Of a stretch of 64,000 bases of DNA, positions 1-16,708 are shown one piece after another. Each line of letters opens with the position of its first letter. Positions within the stretch are counted from its first letter, which is position 1. The translations under genes were made by a program, and so were the position numbers. The stretch comes from Haliotis rubra (taxonomy: Eukaryota). Under the pieces are notes generated by a model. That model was not told the DNA's origin, made no database searches, and worked only from the letters and a program-made list of their open reading frames with translations. The stretch is from assembly GCF_003918875.1 (NCBI RefSeq), contig NW_025765481.1, forward strand, positions 1,178,001 to 1,242,000, given 5' to 3'.

Positions 1-110
1 TCGACAATAATACAGAATGAATACAGTGATGAAAATAATTTGTAAACACTATATTACACAATAAGTCGACAATAATACAGAATGACTACAGTGATGAAAA
101 TTATATGTAC
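1..110. repeat. ~66-bp tandem duplication at the 3' flank of the pogo element (possible subterminal repeat)
   Basis: tcgacaataatacagaatga(a/c)tacagtgatgaaaa occurs at 1 and at 66. Confidence 0.6.
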
Positions 111-140
111 ATTCATTAAACATTCACATCTACCGGTAAT

Positions 141-1475
141 TTATATATCGTCCGCTGTGAATCCATCGAACTCGGTGTCGCTGTCTTCTCCAGCCAGTGC
201 CTGCCATGCCAATTCATCTGTGTTGTCGTCATAATAGTCATCTAAGTTTTCACATCCAAGGACGTCATCTTCATCAGCTCTAGGATCATTGGTGATAAAA
301 TCTTCAAATAGGGCCTCGTCCTGTGATCCATCAATTGCATTCGAGATGCCACACTTTAGGAATGATTTTTGAACCATGTCCTTTGGGATCTCATCCCAGG
401 ATTCCTTCACCCATTTCGCAACTTCAGGGAGAGGCGCTCTCCTCATAGCATTTGATTTTGTGAAGGTATGATCCCCATCCACCATCCATTCAGCCCACTT
501 CTTGCGCATGTTCATCTTAAAGGGTTTGTTGAGTGAGACGTCTAGTGGCTGTAAGAGAGACGTGCAGCCGCCAGGTATAACGGCCTGGTGTGTTTTATTG
601 TCTACCAATCTCTTTTTAACAGACGCGCACAAATGGGCCCGGAACATGTCCCATACCAGGAGCGACTTGCATCCTCTGAGGCTACCTGGTCTTGCACACC
701 ACACATCCTCGATCCATCTGTTAACCAACGCCTCATCCATCCATCCCTTGGGATGTACGGCCACAATAACCCCGGTCGGGAATCTGTCCTTTGGCATTGT
801 TTTCTTTTTGAATACTATCATTGGTTTAAGTTTGGTGCCATCCGCCATACATATCAGCACTACCAAGATGTTGCTTTTCATTTCCAGTCGTTTTCACAGA
901 AATTGTCTTTGATCCTTTCTCATCCAAGGTCTTAGAGCCTGGCATATCAAAGTTCAGCGGCGTTTCGTTCATGTTTCCAATTTGTGATGGATCGTAGTTG
1001 ATCGCCTTCCGTTCTTTAATCACGAATGCGTGGAATAAATCCACCTTAGTATCCACCTGATCCGGAAGTTTCTGGGCAATATGTGTCCTCTGCCTTAGTA
1101 CCAGATTTCTCCTGTTCATGAAACGTGAACACCATGTTGAAGACGCTTTAAATGACGAAGGCAAACTGAATTCTTCTTTCTTGGCCTTGTACACGGTCAA
1201 TGCGCGATGGCGAATCATATTTCTCGTGAAGATTAAGCCAAGTTGTCTTTTCTCCAAAACCCACTCAGCCAGGATATCTTCAAGCAATGAAGGGGGATAC
1301 AGTATATCTCCTTGATTTCTTGTTCTTAGGCATCTCATTTAATAGTGCCTTTTCTTTTCTCCAGTTCCTCACTTGCTTCTCATTAATGTCAAATTCTCGA
1401 GCAGCAGCACTGTTGTTGGTTGTCTCGGCAAACCAACAGGTTATAAATTTAATGTTATCATGGTAACTGGACAGT
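141..1475 (-). mobile_element. Decayed pogo-superfamily (POGK/Passer-like, DD35D) transposase
   Basis: Three frameshifted pieces. A Brinker-type DNA-binding region read manually from ~1340-1475 (AETTNNSAAAREFDINEKQVRNWRK). A CENP-B HTH in ORF 826-1338 (LEDILAEWV...FKASSTWCSRFMNRR). A DDE_1 domain in ORF 141-881 (KGWMD, LLVWDMFRAH, 35 aa to QPLDV). The first catalytic D is N (IGNMNETP). Acidic C-terminus. Confidence 0.9.
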
Positions 1476-3043
1476 CTGGTAATGTTCTGAACAACATGAT
1501 AAAAGACACAGATTGACTAGTAGTACTGTATCTACATTTCTTTACTTCACATGTTCAATACAAAAGATACTTGCCATTCTGATAAGTTTAGTGCATTCAA
1601 TCATTAAGTATAAAAATAAAAACTGGTTGATTAAAAGTTGCAACAATCACCAAATTCATGGCAATACTTATTTTTAATTGACAAGAAACATCACTTCATC
1701 ATTATGGCAAAATCTGATTTAAAATAGTGCAACACTGCAATGATTTTGTCAATATCACAATAGCCGGCAACTCCGCAATATCTGTGATAGCTCACATGAA
1801 TTTTGATGACTATGATCTATCGCAAACATCAACCAGAGTAGTGGTAGTGGGGTAGTGGGATAGCATATACGTTAAAATGTTCACATATTGCAGGCAAAAG
1901 TAAGAATAAAAAAAAACAATCACTTGGTACATGAGCACTATCCCAGATTGTACCCAATGTTTGATCGTAAAGCAGGAGGCTTATTAGATTAACTCATTAG
2001 CTTAGCTTCTAAAACTGGCAATGCTAGTTTGATCCTTTGCATGCCACTAATCCCTAAATGTTATTCCAGTAAAGTGAAATACTCCCCAAACTGAATTACC
2101 TGATGCTGGTCTGGCCCAGGGTGGGTTCTTAGCTCCCCCGAACTGAGATGCCATTTCCTGGAATACAAAAATTAGCATGTGATGCTCTTGCTCTAAAGGG
2201 TGTGTACTGTGCTTTTATATGCAAAATAGTAAGCCTGAACTATGGAAAAACTTGGTTTGCATTCGACATAGTATTTGGTGACAGTTACCTCCCTTTGGTT
2301 GTTCATTTGTTTTTGTATGCAGGCTACTTATCAGTTGACAACAAACTGCAGTGCCCTACATTTGTCTAACATCTGTCTTTTCGATTGCATTACTGCAAAT
2401 CACAGTCACACTCAAGTAAACAATGTCCGCTAATCGCATAATTTTGATATTATGCGGCGTCTGATAGCAACTTGCAGGTTGGGGAAAGGCAACATTCTCA
2501 CACTGGGCCCGGGGCTTCAACAGATCCCCATTTCATCGATTTCTTCCATCATAGAACACATATGCGGAATAATGGGAAATGTTTTCTTAAATATGAACGA
2601 TCAGATTTTATTTAGTTAAATGCATTCGTGATACGTCATACATACGAGGGTATATTCCTGTGAAACGTCTATAAGTCGTGTTTTCCAGCTCACAATGGCG
2701 TTCGGAGGATTGATAGTATTTGTAAGAAAACTGTTTACATATTAAGGCCACCACATTAACGAACTAAACAAATTGCGCTTAGCTACTCTTTTGTAATATC
2801 ACATCCCCACAATATATATATACATACATGTTTACAACATTTAAGTATTGAAAGGCCTTAATCCCCAAGACTTAACTTACAACGAATGATGAACTATTCT
2901 ACATGTAATAGCAATTAGTAGTCCGGTAATAGTACTTATTGTTCAGATGAATTTTACCGTATTAGATATACGAGCGGTTTAGCGGTATGTTGAATTTTCT
3001 AAACATTTTGTTATCCACATGACGGAACACTATCACCAAAAAC

Positions 3044-3390
3044 TAGGGCTGTGTATTGCCCCAAATTTCGTATTGCGATATATTGCGATACACTCTTCTG
3101 TATTGCGATACGTATTGCAATGTATTGTGAAAGAACAGTTATTGAGATCTGTCCACTTGGTAGTATTCTTTTACCTTCAAATTGAATCACAGTATATAAT
3201 TTATGTGAGTAACCATTGTGCATTGTATAGCTTCTTTCAAAGTGAAAAAATGGAAAATCCAGAACATTCTTCTGTTTATATTTTTATTTTAAAACAGCGG
3301 GGATCGACACTCACAAAAAATGTTAACTGGCCCTCCGGGCTAGTGGATTTTGTATGTCACTAGTCCTCTCCAAAAAGTACTAGCCCTACG
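3044..3390. mobile_element. hAT-like MITE relic (TAGGG terminus, attgcgata subrepeats)
   Basis: Begins tagggctgtgtattg and has repeated tattgcgata motifs shared with 7195-7535 and 43447-43855. Right boundary approximate (tagcccta ~3381-3388). Confidence 0.5.
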
Positions 3391-4614
3391 CTTTACTATA
3401 TAAAAGACTTTCAACAAGTCTTTCTTTTAATTTTAACTGCTGTCCAAAGGAAAGTTAACGCAGATAAATGTATGATTAATCATTTCATATATATGACAAA
3501 TTCAACTGAAACTAGCTTACACCATGTCCTCCATCGACCCACCCATACTATTTATACACTTTAACTTCTTTAAACAGCAAAGGATGTTGAATTTCAAATA
3601 ATTTAAAGAGTTATAGAATTTACTGTACACATCTGTATTACTCAAGAAAAATTTAATTGAAGTCACAATCATGTGACATGATCTTGAAGTGCACATTCTA
3701 ATCAAAACGATGATTTATGCACCTTTGTCTTTGAATAAAAGTATTATTAACATTACCTATTTCATGAATGACGTTTGGTACACATTCACATTAAGAAATG
3801 ATTTAACAAAGCACTCATGATGGGCAAAAGTCACTCTGTATCAGGTAAAGTACACTTTCTTTAGGCTAAATAGAATAATGAAAAAAATGAAACATGAGAA
3901 ACATAACCTTATAATAAGATAGAAGCCTACGTTTATCAAGGAAAATATCAGCTCGTGAAACATTATTGCTATGGCATACACCATTTAAATTTTTTAGGCC
4001 TAATCCAACTGCTGATAAATACCAAAAGTATGTTTATCATATTATTCAAATAATACAACTTCAACTTAAATAAATTATAGTATAAGTACCCAGGACAGTA
4101 TGGGTGCAACCTATCATCCGATGTGTGAATAAGCGAGCACATAGAGTTCTGACCACGTGATATTGCGCGAAACGAGTTAATTTGGAATTGATAATGATCA
4201 TAATATATGGATTTATAATCATGATTTTCGTAGAGATTAGACTCAGCTACATTTTTGAGTCTATAACAACACATCCATTCTATTCACTGGAAATCAAAAC
4301 CGGATTCAGTCATATAACACCTTTCACTACGATATTACAGCGCATGCCGGATTCAAAATTTGAACGTAATTTTATTTGTTTTTACGCAATAAAGCAACGA
4401 ATAAATGATAACTTTGTTTTGCGAAATCACCTGATGGCTTTGAAAAAATAAATTGGTTTTAGTTCCGCACTCAGCAATGTCCCAGCTTTATGACGGCGGT
4501 TTGAAAAAGACATACGCAACTTTTGACCGCGTTGAATTATATCAATGGTGAGCTCTCATTTTACTGGAAGTACGGTAAGAGTTGTCTTCCCTTCTGGACA
4601 GCGGCGCCACTGTA

Positions 4615-4651
4615 CTTCCTTTCTACTGGAATCCATAGCTGCTTCTGCTAG
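4615..4651 (+). promoter_or_regulatory. Probable RPL38 TCT/5'TOP transcription start and non-coding exon 1
   Basis: Polypyrimidine CTTCCTTTCT at 4615 after a GC-rich patch. Donor ctgctag|gtgtgt at 4652. Lies upstream of the first intronic snoRNA. Confidence 0.7.
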
Positions 4652-5073
4652 GTGTGTTTACATGCTGATAAAATCCACCTTCATCTTTTGTCCACGATTA
4701 CGATGTTATATTTTGCCAACCTTATTTGGATATAACATTGATAATGAAGTTATTGAGCGATGCTATATTTTTGCTATAACGCTTCAGTAACTTAGTATTT
4801 GCGTGTCAATGCAGACGTGTTATGATGATTGCCTTCGGGGGAATAAGAAAATGTGGTTGAGATTTGTTTATGGAAAATCCTATGAAATAATTGTTCTCTT
4901 TTACCACATACACAAAGTGGTATGGCTGTTTCTCTTATATGGCCATATTTTCAATTAAAAAGCCCGAATTTAAACTTCGGGAGGCAGGGGATGATTCAAT
5001 GGGCCCCAGTCTTCCGTTTGTGCGAATTCCCGGAGATGCACTTGTATTTTGACTATGTTACCTTTTTACTTGT

Positions 5074-5158
5074 TGATGTTTGTGCATGATGAAAACTTGA
5101 CACCTCTTATCTGAAATATAGTGAGAGATTGTTATCTTTTAAACTGATGCAAACATCA
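5074..5158 (+). ncRNA. Intronic box C/D snoRNA copy 1 (SNORD60/snR48-like 28S guide)
   Basis: Box C ATGATGA 5086. Guide TTGACACCTCTTAT, then D' CTGA 5111. C' GTGAGAG 5121. D CTGA 5144. Terminal stem tgatgtttg/caaacatca. In RPL38 intron 1. Confidence 0.85.
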
Positions 5159-5542
5159 TATTTTGGTTATTGACAACATTGTGCCAGAGGAGAGCCGTGT
5201 AGTGTCTCTAGACCACCAGTGAAACCGTTACAATTTGATGGCATCGTAAAACATGCTAGAGCTTCAGTTATTCAGCTAGAATAATTCATTGTAACCTTGA
5301 GCATGAAGAAAGAAAGGGTAAAATCACAGTCCACAGCAATGATTGCATTTGATCATACAATCTGTATACATTGATAGCATGTTATTGTACCCAAATAAAG
5401 TGTTGATCATTTTGCCTCAGGAAACCTGTCAGACATTATTTAATTTAAATCAAGCATCAGGTGACTGCAAAGCACTGAAAAAAACATTCAGCTTTCCTGT
5501 GTATAGTGTAATGTGAATAAATCTTGAAATTGAATATGAAGG

Positions 5543-5716
5543 CAGGGATTGGGAAAGGCAGGGACCATGGGCCATTTTGCACATTAGAATAAAAATTGAA
5601 CCACTAAAATTTTGAAGTTCACTTTTGATACAAGGGCAGTGGCCCATTCTAAATTCAGAAAATGGCTAATGATCCTGAAAATGACCCATTGTCAAAGTTC
5701 TCTATCCCAATCCCTG
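5543..5716. mobile_element. MITE (hAT-like CAGGG termini)
   Basis: TIR cagggattggga ... tcccaatccctg, with gaagg on both flanks. Confidence 0.7.
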
Positions 5717-6401
5717 GAAGGTAATTCATAAACATCAAACTCTCAAGTTAATGCATCAGGCCACATTTTCAACAAACCTGTATGTAGTATACTATGAAAG
5801 AGTGTACTATTGATATAACAGTTTATTGAGGTTCATTTTTTTCCCATGATACATACCACAAAATATTTTTTTGTGATATTTATGTGTTTAATGTTATACA
5901 TATGCAAATCATCTTACAAATGTTACTGTATTTCCATCTTTATTTAAATCTTTAAATATAAGAAGTTAATTCTTAATTCCCTCCCTAAAGTGCTCTGAAG
6001 TGCATGCACATTCCGACACTTCTGTAAACAAGATCTGGGTCTGAAAGATGGCGGCATGGTTAGTCAGTATCACCAACATCTTGTTTTGTTCTATTTATGA
6101 ATTTCAGTTCATGAAATAAATTGGAATTATCCATCTTGTCTTAATATGTTAGCAATTCAGCTTCGTTTTTTTTTCAAGATATTGATACTTTGACCATCTA
6201 TACCGATCCTTTGTTTTAAACAAGGTAACTAATACAATTCTGCAGTTGGTGTATTGAAACAATAAAATACCCATTCTTTGGCATGTCCTGACCATGTTGA
6301 CATGAATCTAGGCAGTGACAGCATTACTGTCAAATATCATGTATAAGAATGTTGATTATTATCCTGCCTGGCTTGGATATATCATGCTTAGCTTGGATAT
6401 A

Positions 6402-6777
6402 CAGAGATGCCAACCACTCCGATTTTGGAGGAGTTACTCCGATTTACAATTACAAAATCCACTTTCCGATTTGTCTATAAAAATCTGATATTTTTAGAAA
6501 ATACAAATATGTTTATAAATTTAGAATATTTGGAAGAATTTTAGTAAATAGCCATTTAGATATGTTCTTTTGAGTTAAGTATTATCTGGTTAAGTATGCC
6601 CAGAAATTTCATATTTCCAGGCTACATCTAAAGATTTTTCATAGGGGAGGCGCCCCAGATCCCCACCATCAAAAGGGGCCCCTCTCATGCTCACCCCAAC
6701 TCGCACCTTCAGGGCTCGGGAATTGCTTTTAGCAAGGCATGACTCCGCTTTCATTTGATTCAGGGTTGGCATCTCTG
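6402..6777. mobile_element. MITE (hAT-like)
   Basis: TIR cagagatgccaacc ... ggttggcatctctg, with a ggatata flank duplication. Confidence 0.75.
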
Positions 6778-7001
6778 GATATATTCCATTTTGCATGTCT
6801 TTTTTTGACAAACAACAACCAAATTCTAGTAAAAATTCCTGAATATTTGATTTTAGTGATTGTGAATATAAAATTCAACTATTGGAGGCATATGGTTCGA
6901 TTATCCACTTAGCTGTAATTGCTGTCAAACTTGCCATGTGTGTGTATTCCTGTATTCATTTCTGTGTATATTCTTGCATTACAGATCCAGAGGCAAGCAA
7001 G

Positions 7002-11106
<4,105 letters not shown>

Positions 11107-11116
11107 AAATGCTGTA

Positions 11117-11122
11117 AATAAA
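11117..11122 (+). terminator. RPL38 polyadenylation signal
   Basis: AATAAA 11 nt after the stop, followed by a GT/T-rich tract. Confidence 0.8.
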
Positions 11123-11775
11123 ACAAGAAAAATCTCAGGCTGTTTTATGTATTTTTTGCTATTTGTCGTTGAAATACATTTCCGACCTTACAGCTGTGTA
11201 TTCAGCTGAATTCTCTGGACCAGATCTGTGGGGTATGACTTCAGATTCAAAGCTGATTGAAGTATTTCAGTCAGTACAGGCACAGTGGGGTAGGTTAGTG
11301 ATTCACTCATACCGAAGGCCTGGGTTCCTTTCCCTACATGGGTACAGAGTGTAGAGGTGTCTGGTGTCCCCTGCTGTGAGATTGCTGGAATATTGCTAAA
11401 AGCAATGTAATATCCAACTCACTCAATGGACCTTTGAAGATAGGGGTAGAATTGGTCTTCAGCATCTTGAGCTTGTCTGAAGAGGTGACTAATGTGAGCA
11501 GTTGCATGTCATCCTATGCCAACTGTTAAGATCAATGCTACCACAATAGAAACCACAGGATTGTCTGGTTCGGACTTGATTAATTACAGTCCACAGTCAT
11601 ATAGCTGGAAAAGTGCTGAGTGCCCCTATAAACAGGAAACAAACATGATTTCAGTGATCTTTGATATATTGGGTCCCCATACAATCAGGTGGCTTAAAAG
11701 AACCGATCCACCATGCAGTGTTGAGCAGTCGTGCTTGCCTGGTCCGGTTTATTCTTCCACCTAAAAATTTTGTGG

Positions 11776-11935
11776 AGGGCGGTGGCGTTGCCTTGTGGTT
11801 CAAGTGTTCGCTCGTCACTCCAAAGGCCTGGGTTCGATTCCCCACATGGGTATAATGGGTGAAGCCTATTTCTGGTGTCTCCCGCCGTGATGTTGCGGGA
11901 ATATGGCTGAAAGCGGCGTAGAACCCAACTCACTA
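11776..11935 (+). mobile_element. SINE family A
   Basis: A box and B box (ggttcgattcc) plus family consensus body and tail. Confidence 0.85.
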
Positions 11936-12247
11936 AGAATTTCGTGGAATGGGGCAACTGAAATGGATTGAGTTGTCATCGAGTCGTCATCGAATGAACT
12001 GAACACTGGTTTGTCTTGTCCATCTATAATTATTCGAAGGTCAAAGTGATACACTGATATAATTCTGACCGGCATGGAGTTAAATTCACTTCATCGCTGC
12101 ATTTCAGAATGTTTCCAGGCCACACCATGTATGTATGCTTACAGCGTATTGTATCGTAAACACGAAATGGATACCGTGTCCTAAACGCTCAATGGTTAGT
12201 TTATTTACAGATTCCACTGATACACATGTATTTTACCAATTCCCAGG

Positions 12248-12751
12248 ACACACAATACCATTTAGAAAGTGATCAAATGTAACATCTTATATTTGGGATG
12301 ACACTTTCTCAGTAAATTCATATGTATTCGACCCGTGAAAATCCTGGTTCGAATTGGTCTTCAGTAACCCATGCTTGTAATAGGCAACTAACGGGATCAG
12401 GCTCGCTGATTTGGTTGAGCGACACATCGTATCCCAGTTGCGGTCCCTGATCGACTACTGGAATGTTGCTGAGCGCGGCGTAAAACTTGATTCGCTCGGT
12501 CACGTTTATTCATAACTTTCGGCCGGGGGAGTCGTGCCAATGTACAATTTAGGGCTACACAAAGTACGTGATCCAGACTACAAGTTATCCTACTTCCATT
12601 CTCTGGAAGCCGCGGGGGGTTAGATGGCCGACTTTGTGTGTGTGCGATTAAGTGCCTGACAGAGTGGGGTTCGAATCCCGGACCAGACTCCAGTAACCAA
12701 AGTACTACAATGTTTACTGAGAAAGTGTTATCCCAAATATAAGACCTGTTG
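12248..12751 (+). mobile_element. tRNA-bearing element with inverted termini (copy 1), with nested SINE B at 12330-12503
   Basis: Left arm 12278-12316 is the reverse complement of right arm ~12713-12750. Internal tRNA-like segment with ggttcgaatccc. Degenerate TSD aattcccagg/aattctcatgg. Confidence 0.7.
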
Positions 12752-14085
12752 AATTCTCATGGCGATTCCCTAAAGAGCAAATGTAGCTGGTGTCTGTTGA
12801 GTAGACAGGTTGGTCATAGATTGGAGCACATCGAATACCCATGCTCGATTCCTTGTGTGAAGTGTATTTAAGCACGCACGGACGTACACACTCAGTCACA
12901 GTGTCAGCAAAAAACGACGAAGTATTAAAACTGGGTATTAAAGCTGGATACGGATGCGAACCGGCAACTGAGGAACACAAACACCTCGACCACCAGTAAA
13001 CTGCTCGCAGAACCATGTAACATTAGATTCGATAAGACAAGTAATCACTGACAAACAAAAGTTCGTGCAAAACGATTTATTTTGTTAGGTGTACAAAATA
13101 TGAAAAGAGGTTACAATTTACAGTCTCAAGATTGTAAAACGCTTCGAAAACTATGACAGTTCGAAGTAAAAGGTTTTGTATAAAGCACCATGCAGTCCCC
13201 ACTCAAAAGGAATCCATTTTCTGAAAACAAGTCAAAAGGAGAACCATTAGTTCTGGAACAGCTCGCATTATTAGTGAACAACCTATTGCAACACAACACT
13301 TCTCAATGGGGTAACCTTACACAATATTCAAATAATGTTAACAGTGGAAGGAATGCATACTAAATCTAATCAGATTCACTGTTCAAACTGAATGGTTAAA
13401 ATTACGAAGGATAATGCATGTCTACAATTGTGAATATGCCATCAATCATAGCATGCTGATTGTTTTGTCAAGAAAAGCCGTCTTTTGTTGACTACAAAGG
13501 ACCTTGTTCATCCAGTCAGCACAATTACTATCAATTATTACCAAGATAACTGATGAAAATTAGGAACAGTTTTCAGCATAAACCACATGTTACCGCCAAA
13601 CCTGATAATCACATGGAATGGCCACGTTTATCAGTGTAAAAATATCCCCATGGCCACTTTCACGGTCTCCATATACTAATATTTAGCGGCGGTGTACCAC
13701 AATGTATAACATACAAGATATGAATATACCAATACTCTGTGGCGAAGTACCACAATGTATAACATACCCAATGCCCCTGCATTATCAAATAGTGACCAGT
13801 CTGCATATAATGTGCACCACACTAACCGAATTCACTTCAATAGTCAAAACTTCACCATCTGTGACGTATTAAACCGTCGCTCTTTAATTCAGCCTGAAGT
13901 TTATTTGTAATGTCCTTATACTAACTCATTGGCAATATTTTACCAGTTTTCCTGTTGGAGCATAACACCGATTCTAAGCTATTGCCACAAAGTGTCTTAA
14001 AGTACCTGTACCAACCTAGTGGCTACGTTTGACAGTCTTTCTTTTGACGTATAAACCCGACTCGCATTTATTCAACAAGGAGTGA

Positions 14086-14251
14086 GGGGCGGTGGGGTAG
14101 CCTAGTGGTTAAAGCGTTCGCTCGTCACGCTGAAGACCCTGGTTCCATTCCCCACGTGGGTACTATGTGTGAAGCCCATTTCTGGTGTCCCCCGCCGTGA
14201 TATTGCTGAATATTGCTAAAAGCGGCGTAAACTAACCTCACTCACTCACAC
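14086..14251 (+). mobile_element. SINE family A, full length
   Basis: Full consensus, (actc)n tail, perfect 14-bp TSD tcaacaaggagtga. Confidence 0.95.
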
Positions 14252-14678
14252 TCAACAAGGAGTGAATAAAGTTCCTGCACTCACCTAGTGGCCACGTGTT
14301 AAAGTCCTCCTGCTCCTCAGTCTGTTGGCGATGTTGGATGTGTCGCGGGAGGCGCCAGATCCGTTGTGGATGAGGAAGGTGCCGCTGTCTGCAATAGAGA
14401 GAAGTTCAATTCAAGCCATCAGATCGTTGGCTGTTCACACAAATGGCAAATAACATTATATAATTAATATTGCCCATTATGTGAAAGGATGCCTTTCAAA
14501 CCTCAAGGGAATGCATGAATTGACAAATAATCGTCAGTGAATTCCGTTTTGCATCACCGTGACTGATCCTGAAACCCTGGTACCATGTCAGTGTCAATAA
14601 GTCCGATTCTTAAATATGTATGGCTGAAGGAATACAAGTGAATACAATGAATGTACAATACACTCGGTCTATGTAATA

Positions 14679-16201
14679 TACTCTCCCAAAAGAAACGCAT
14701 CATGAAAATAGCAATTTCATGTAGCAATGAATTAAAACGTGATTCATTTTACAAAAGGTTTTGCTCTGTTTATGAGTCCTATGGTGTTTATGTTTTGAAA
14801 CATCACAACAAAACGCACCATCCGTAAAATACCCGTATTTAACAGCATGATTTTCAATTTCGGCGTGTAGTGTCACAGAATACACAATTCACATGCAATG
14901 CACGTGAAAGTTGGGGATCAGATAGTCTCAATGATGGGTATAAAAGGTTGATCGCTGTCTGTCGATTATTCACTGTATTTGGAATATTGTTGACGAACGC
15001 AAAATGCCACGTCTAAGTGAAGCCAACCGTCATATCGCCATTGGTTTGTTTGAAGCTGGCCAGTCTCAACGTGCAGTTGCCCGACGCATGAATGTTCACC
15101 AAAGCACCATTTCACGGCTCTGGGAGAGATATCGCCGGCAGAATTCGGTAGCAGATGCCCCTCGTAGTGGGCGACCTCGAGCGACCACTGCGGCGCAGGA
15201 TCGCTACATCCGGGTACATCACCTGCGTCATCGAACAGCTACGGCGACCAGTACCGCTCGACAAATACCCGGATTGAGGAGGCTTTCTGCACAGACCGTC
15301 AGGAACAGGTTGAGAGAGGCTGGTTTACGTGCCAGAAGACCTTATTTTGGCCCTGTGCTTCGACAACAACATCGTCGACATCGAGTTCAATGGTGCACCA
15401 ACGTTCAGGCCTGAACCTACCGAATTGGCGTAGAATCTGGTTCAGTGATGAATCACGATTTCTATTGGAACGACGCGATGGAAGAATGCGGGTGTACAGA
15501 CGTCGACGTGAACGTTTCGCCGACGCTTGCGTTCCCCAGGTGGCCAGATTCGGCCGGGGACAGTGTTATGATGTGGGGAGCGATCACCTGCCGTAGGAGA
15601 AGTGATTTGGTGATGATCCAGGGCAACCTGACAGCTCAACGGTACTGTGACGAAATCCTACGCCCACACCTCCTTCCAATCATTGATCGCCAGAGGGAGT
15701 TGTTTCAACAGGACAATGCCAGGCCCCACACAGCACGTCACACTAGAGACTTCCTCCAGAACCACAACATCAATGTGCTCCCCTGGCCCTCAAGATCACC
15801 GGACTTAAACCCGATCGAACATCTGTGGATGCCCTGACAGACGGGTGCGACGCCGTAACCCTCAGCCCCAGACACTTCAGCAACTCGCACAGGCACTACA
15901 GGCAGAGTGGGCTGCGATTGGGCAACACGAGATTCTGAGACTTATTCGTTCGATGCCGAGGCGATGCCGTGCAGTTCTGGATGCCCACGGTGGTCACACG
16001 AGGTATTGACTTCAGCGCCACCACACGTCTCCATGTGACACTCAAACTGACTTTCCTCGAGTTGGTGCCAAAGACGGATAAGTCTGCATTCCCAGTGTGC
16101 AATTTCGCTATATTTCATTGACTCATAAAGCCTACAAGATGTTTTCAAAATAAACATAAAAATACAGTTGAAATTCCTATATGCGTTTCTTTGGGAGAGT
16201 A
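14679..16201 (+). mobile_element. Tc1 (DD34E) DNA transposon, near full length, frameshifted transposase ~15004-16009
   Basis: TIR tactctcccaaa(a)gaaacgcat at both ends, TA flanks. Paired-like HTH (MPRLSE...PRSGRPRATT). FSDESRF, QQDNARPH, 34 aa to SPDLNPIE, C-terminal GGHTRY. Confidence 0.95.
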
Positions 16202-16708
16202 TAAGGGTTGAACTAAATCAGAAAAAGACGAATACTGTTTGAATTGATCGGTTATATATAGTTGCTAAGTGGTAGTTTGAAGTCGTACCCTTTCTGACAT
16301 TGTCAAGTTGTCTTTCCATCCAGATAATGGCGGCATCCACGGGACAAGCGCACGTTTCAGGAACGCTGAGATCGGAATGAATGGACGTGAGATGGAGGTC
16401 GGAGCGGAAAGCCATCCTTCCAGCAAACAGGAGCATGTCCGTGCCGGCCATGTTGTATACTCAGGGCCAGTCTGTCTCTGGGTACAGGAAACAGTTGCCT
16501 CCTGGAAGACGAATATTCCTCACGATAGGAGATATCAGCAGAAATCGACGTTTAATATGACCTAGCATTCCTGGTTTCGATGAATGAAAAAAATGAAGCT
16601 TTATCGATTCAGATTTATTGTCTCAAGACACCAAAATGGTCGATATTTATATTTTCCGCAATGTGCATATACTTAACTTTATATTATGTTTTTATTAGTA
16701 CCGATATA

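Noticed and set aside
4815-4900. Additional snoRNA candidates in RPL38 introns (ATGATGA at ~4820; also ~11030 and possible H/ACA-like stretches at ~5180 and ~9440)
   Set aside because: No convincing matching D box, terminal stem or guide by eye. Would need an Infernal/snoReport scan.
14086-14165. tRNA genes at SINE A/C heads and at 41385/47205
   Set aside because: They continue into SINE bodies and tails with TSDs, have variable anticodon arms, and lack a proper acceptor stem and terminator.
16308-16565. Duplicated ORF MSFHPDNGG... (also 23784-24080)
   Set aside because: Antisense to exon 2 of the orphan genes. Splice signals support the opposite strand.
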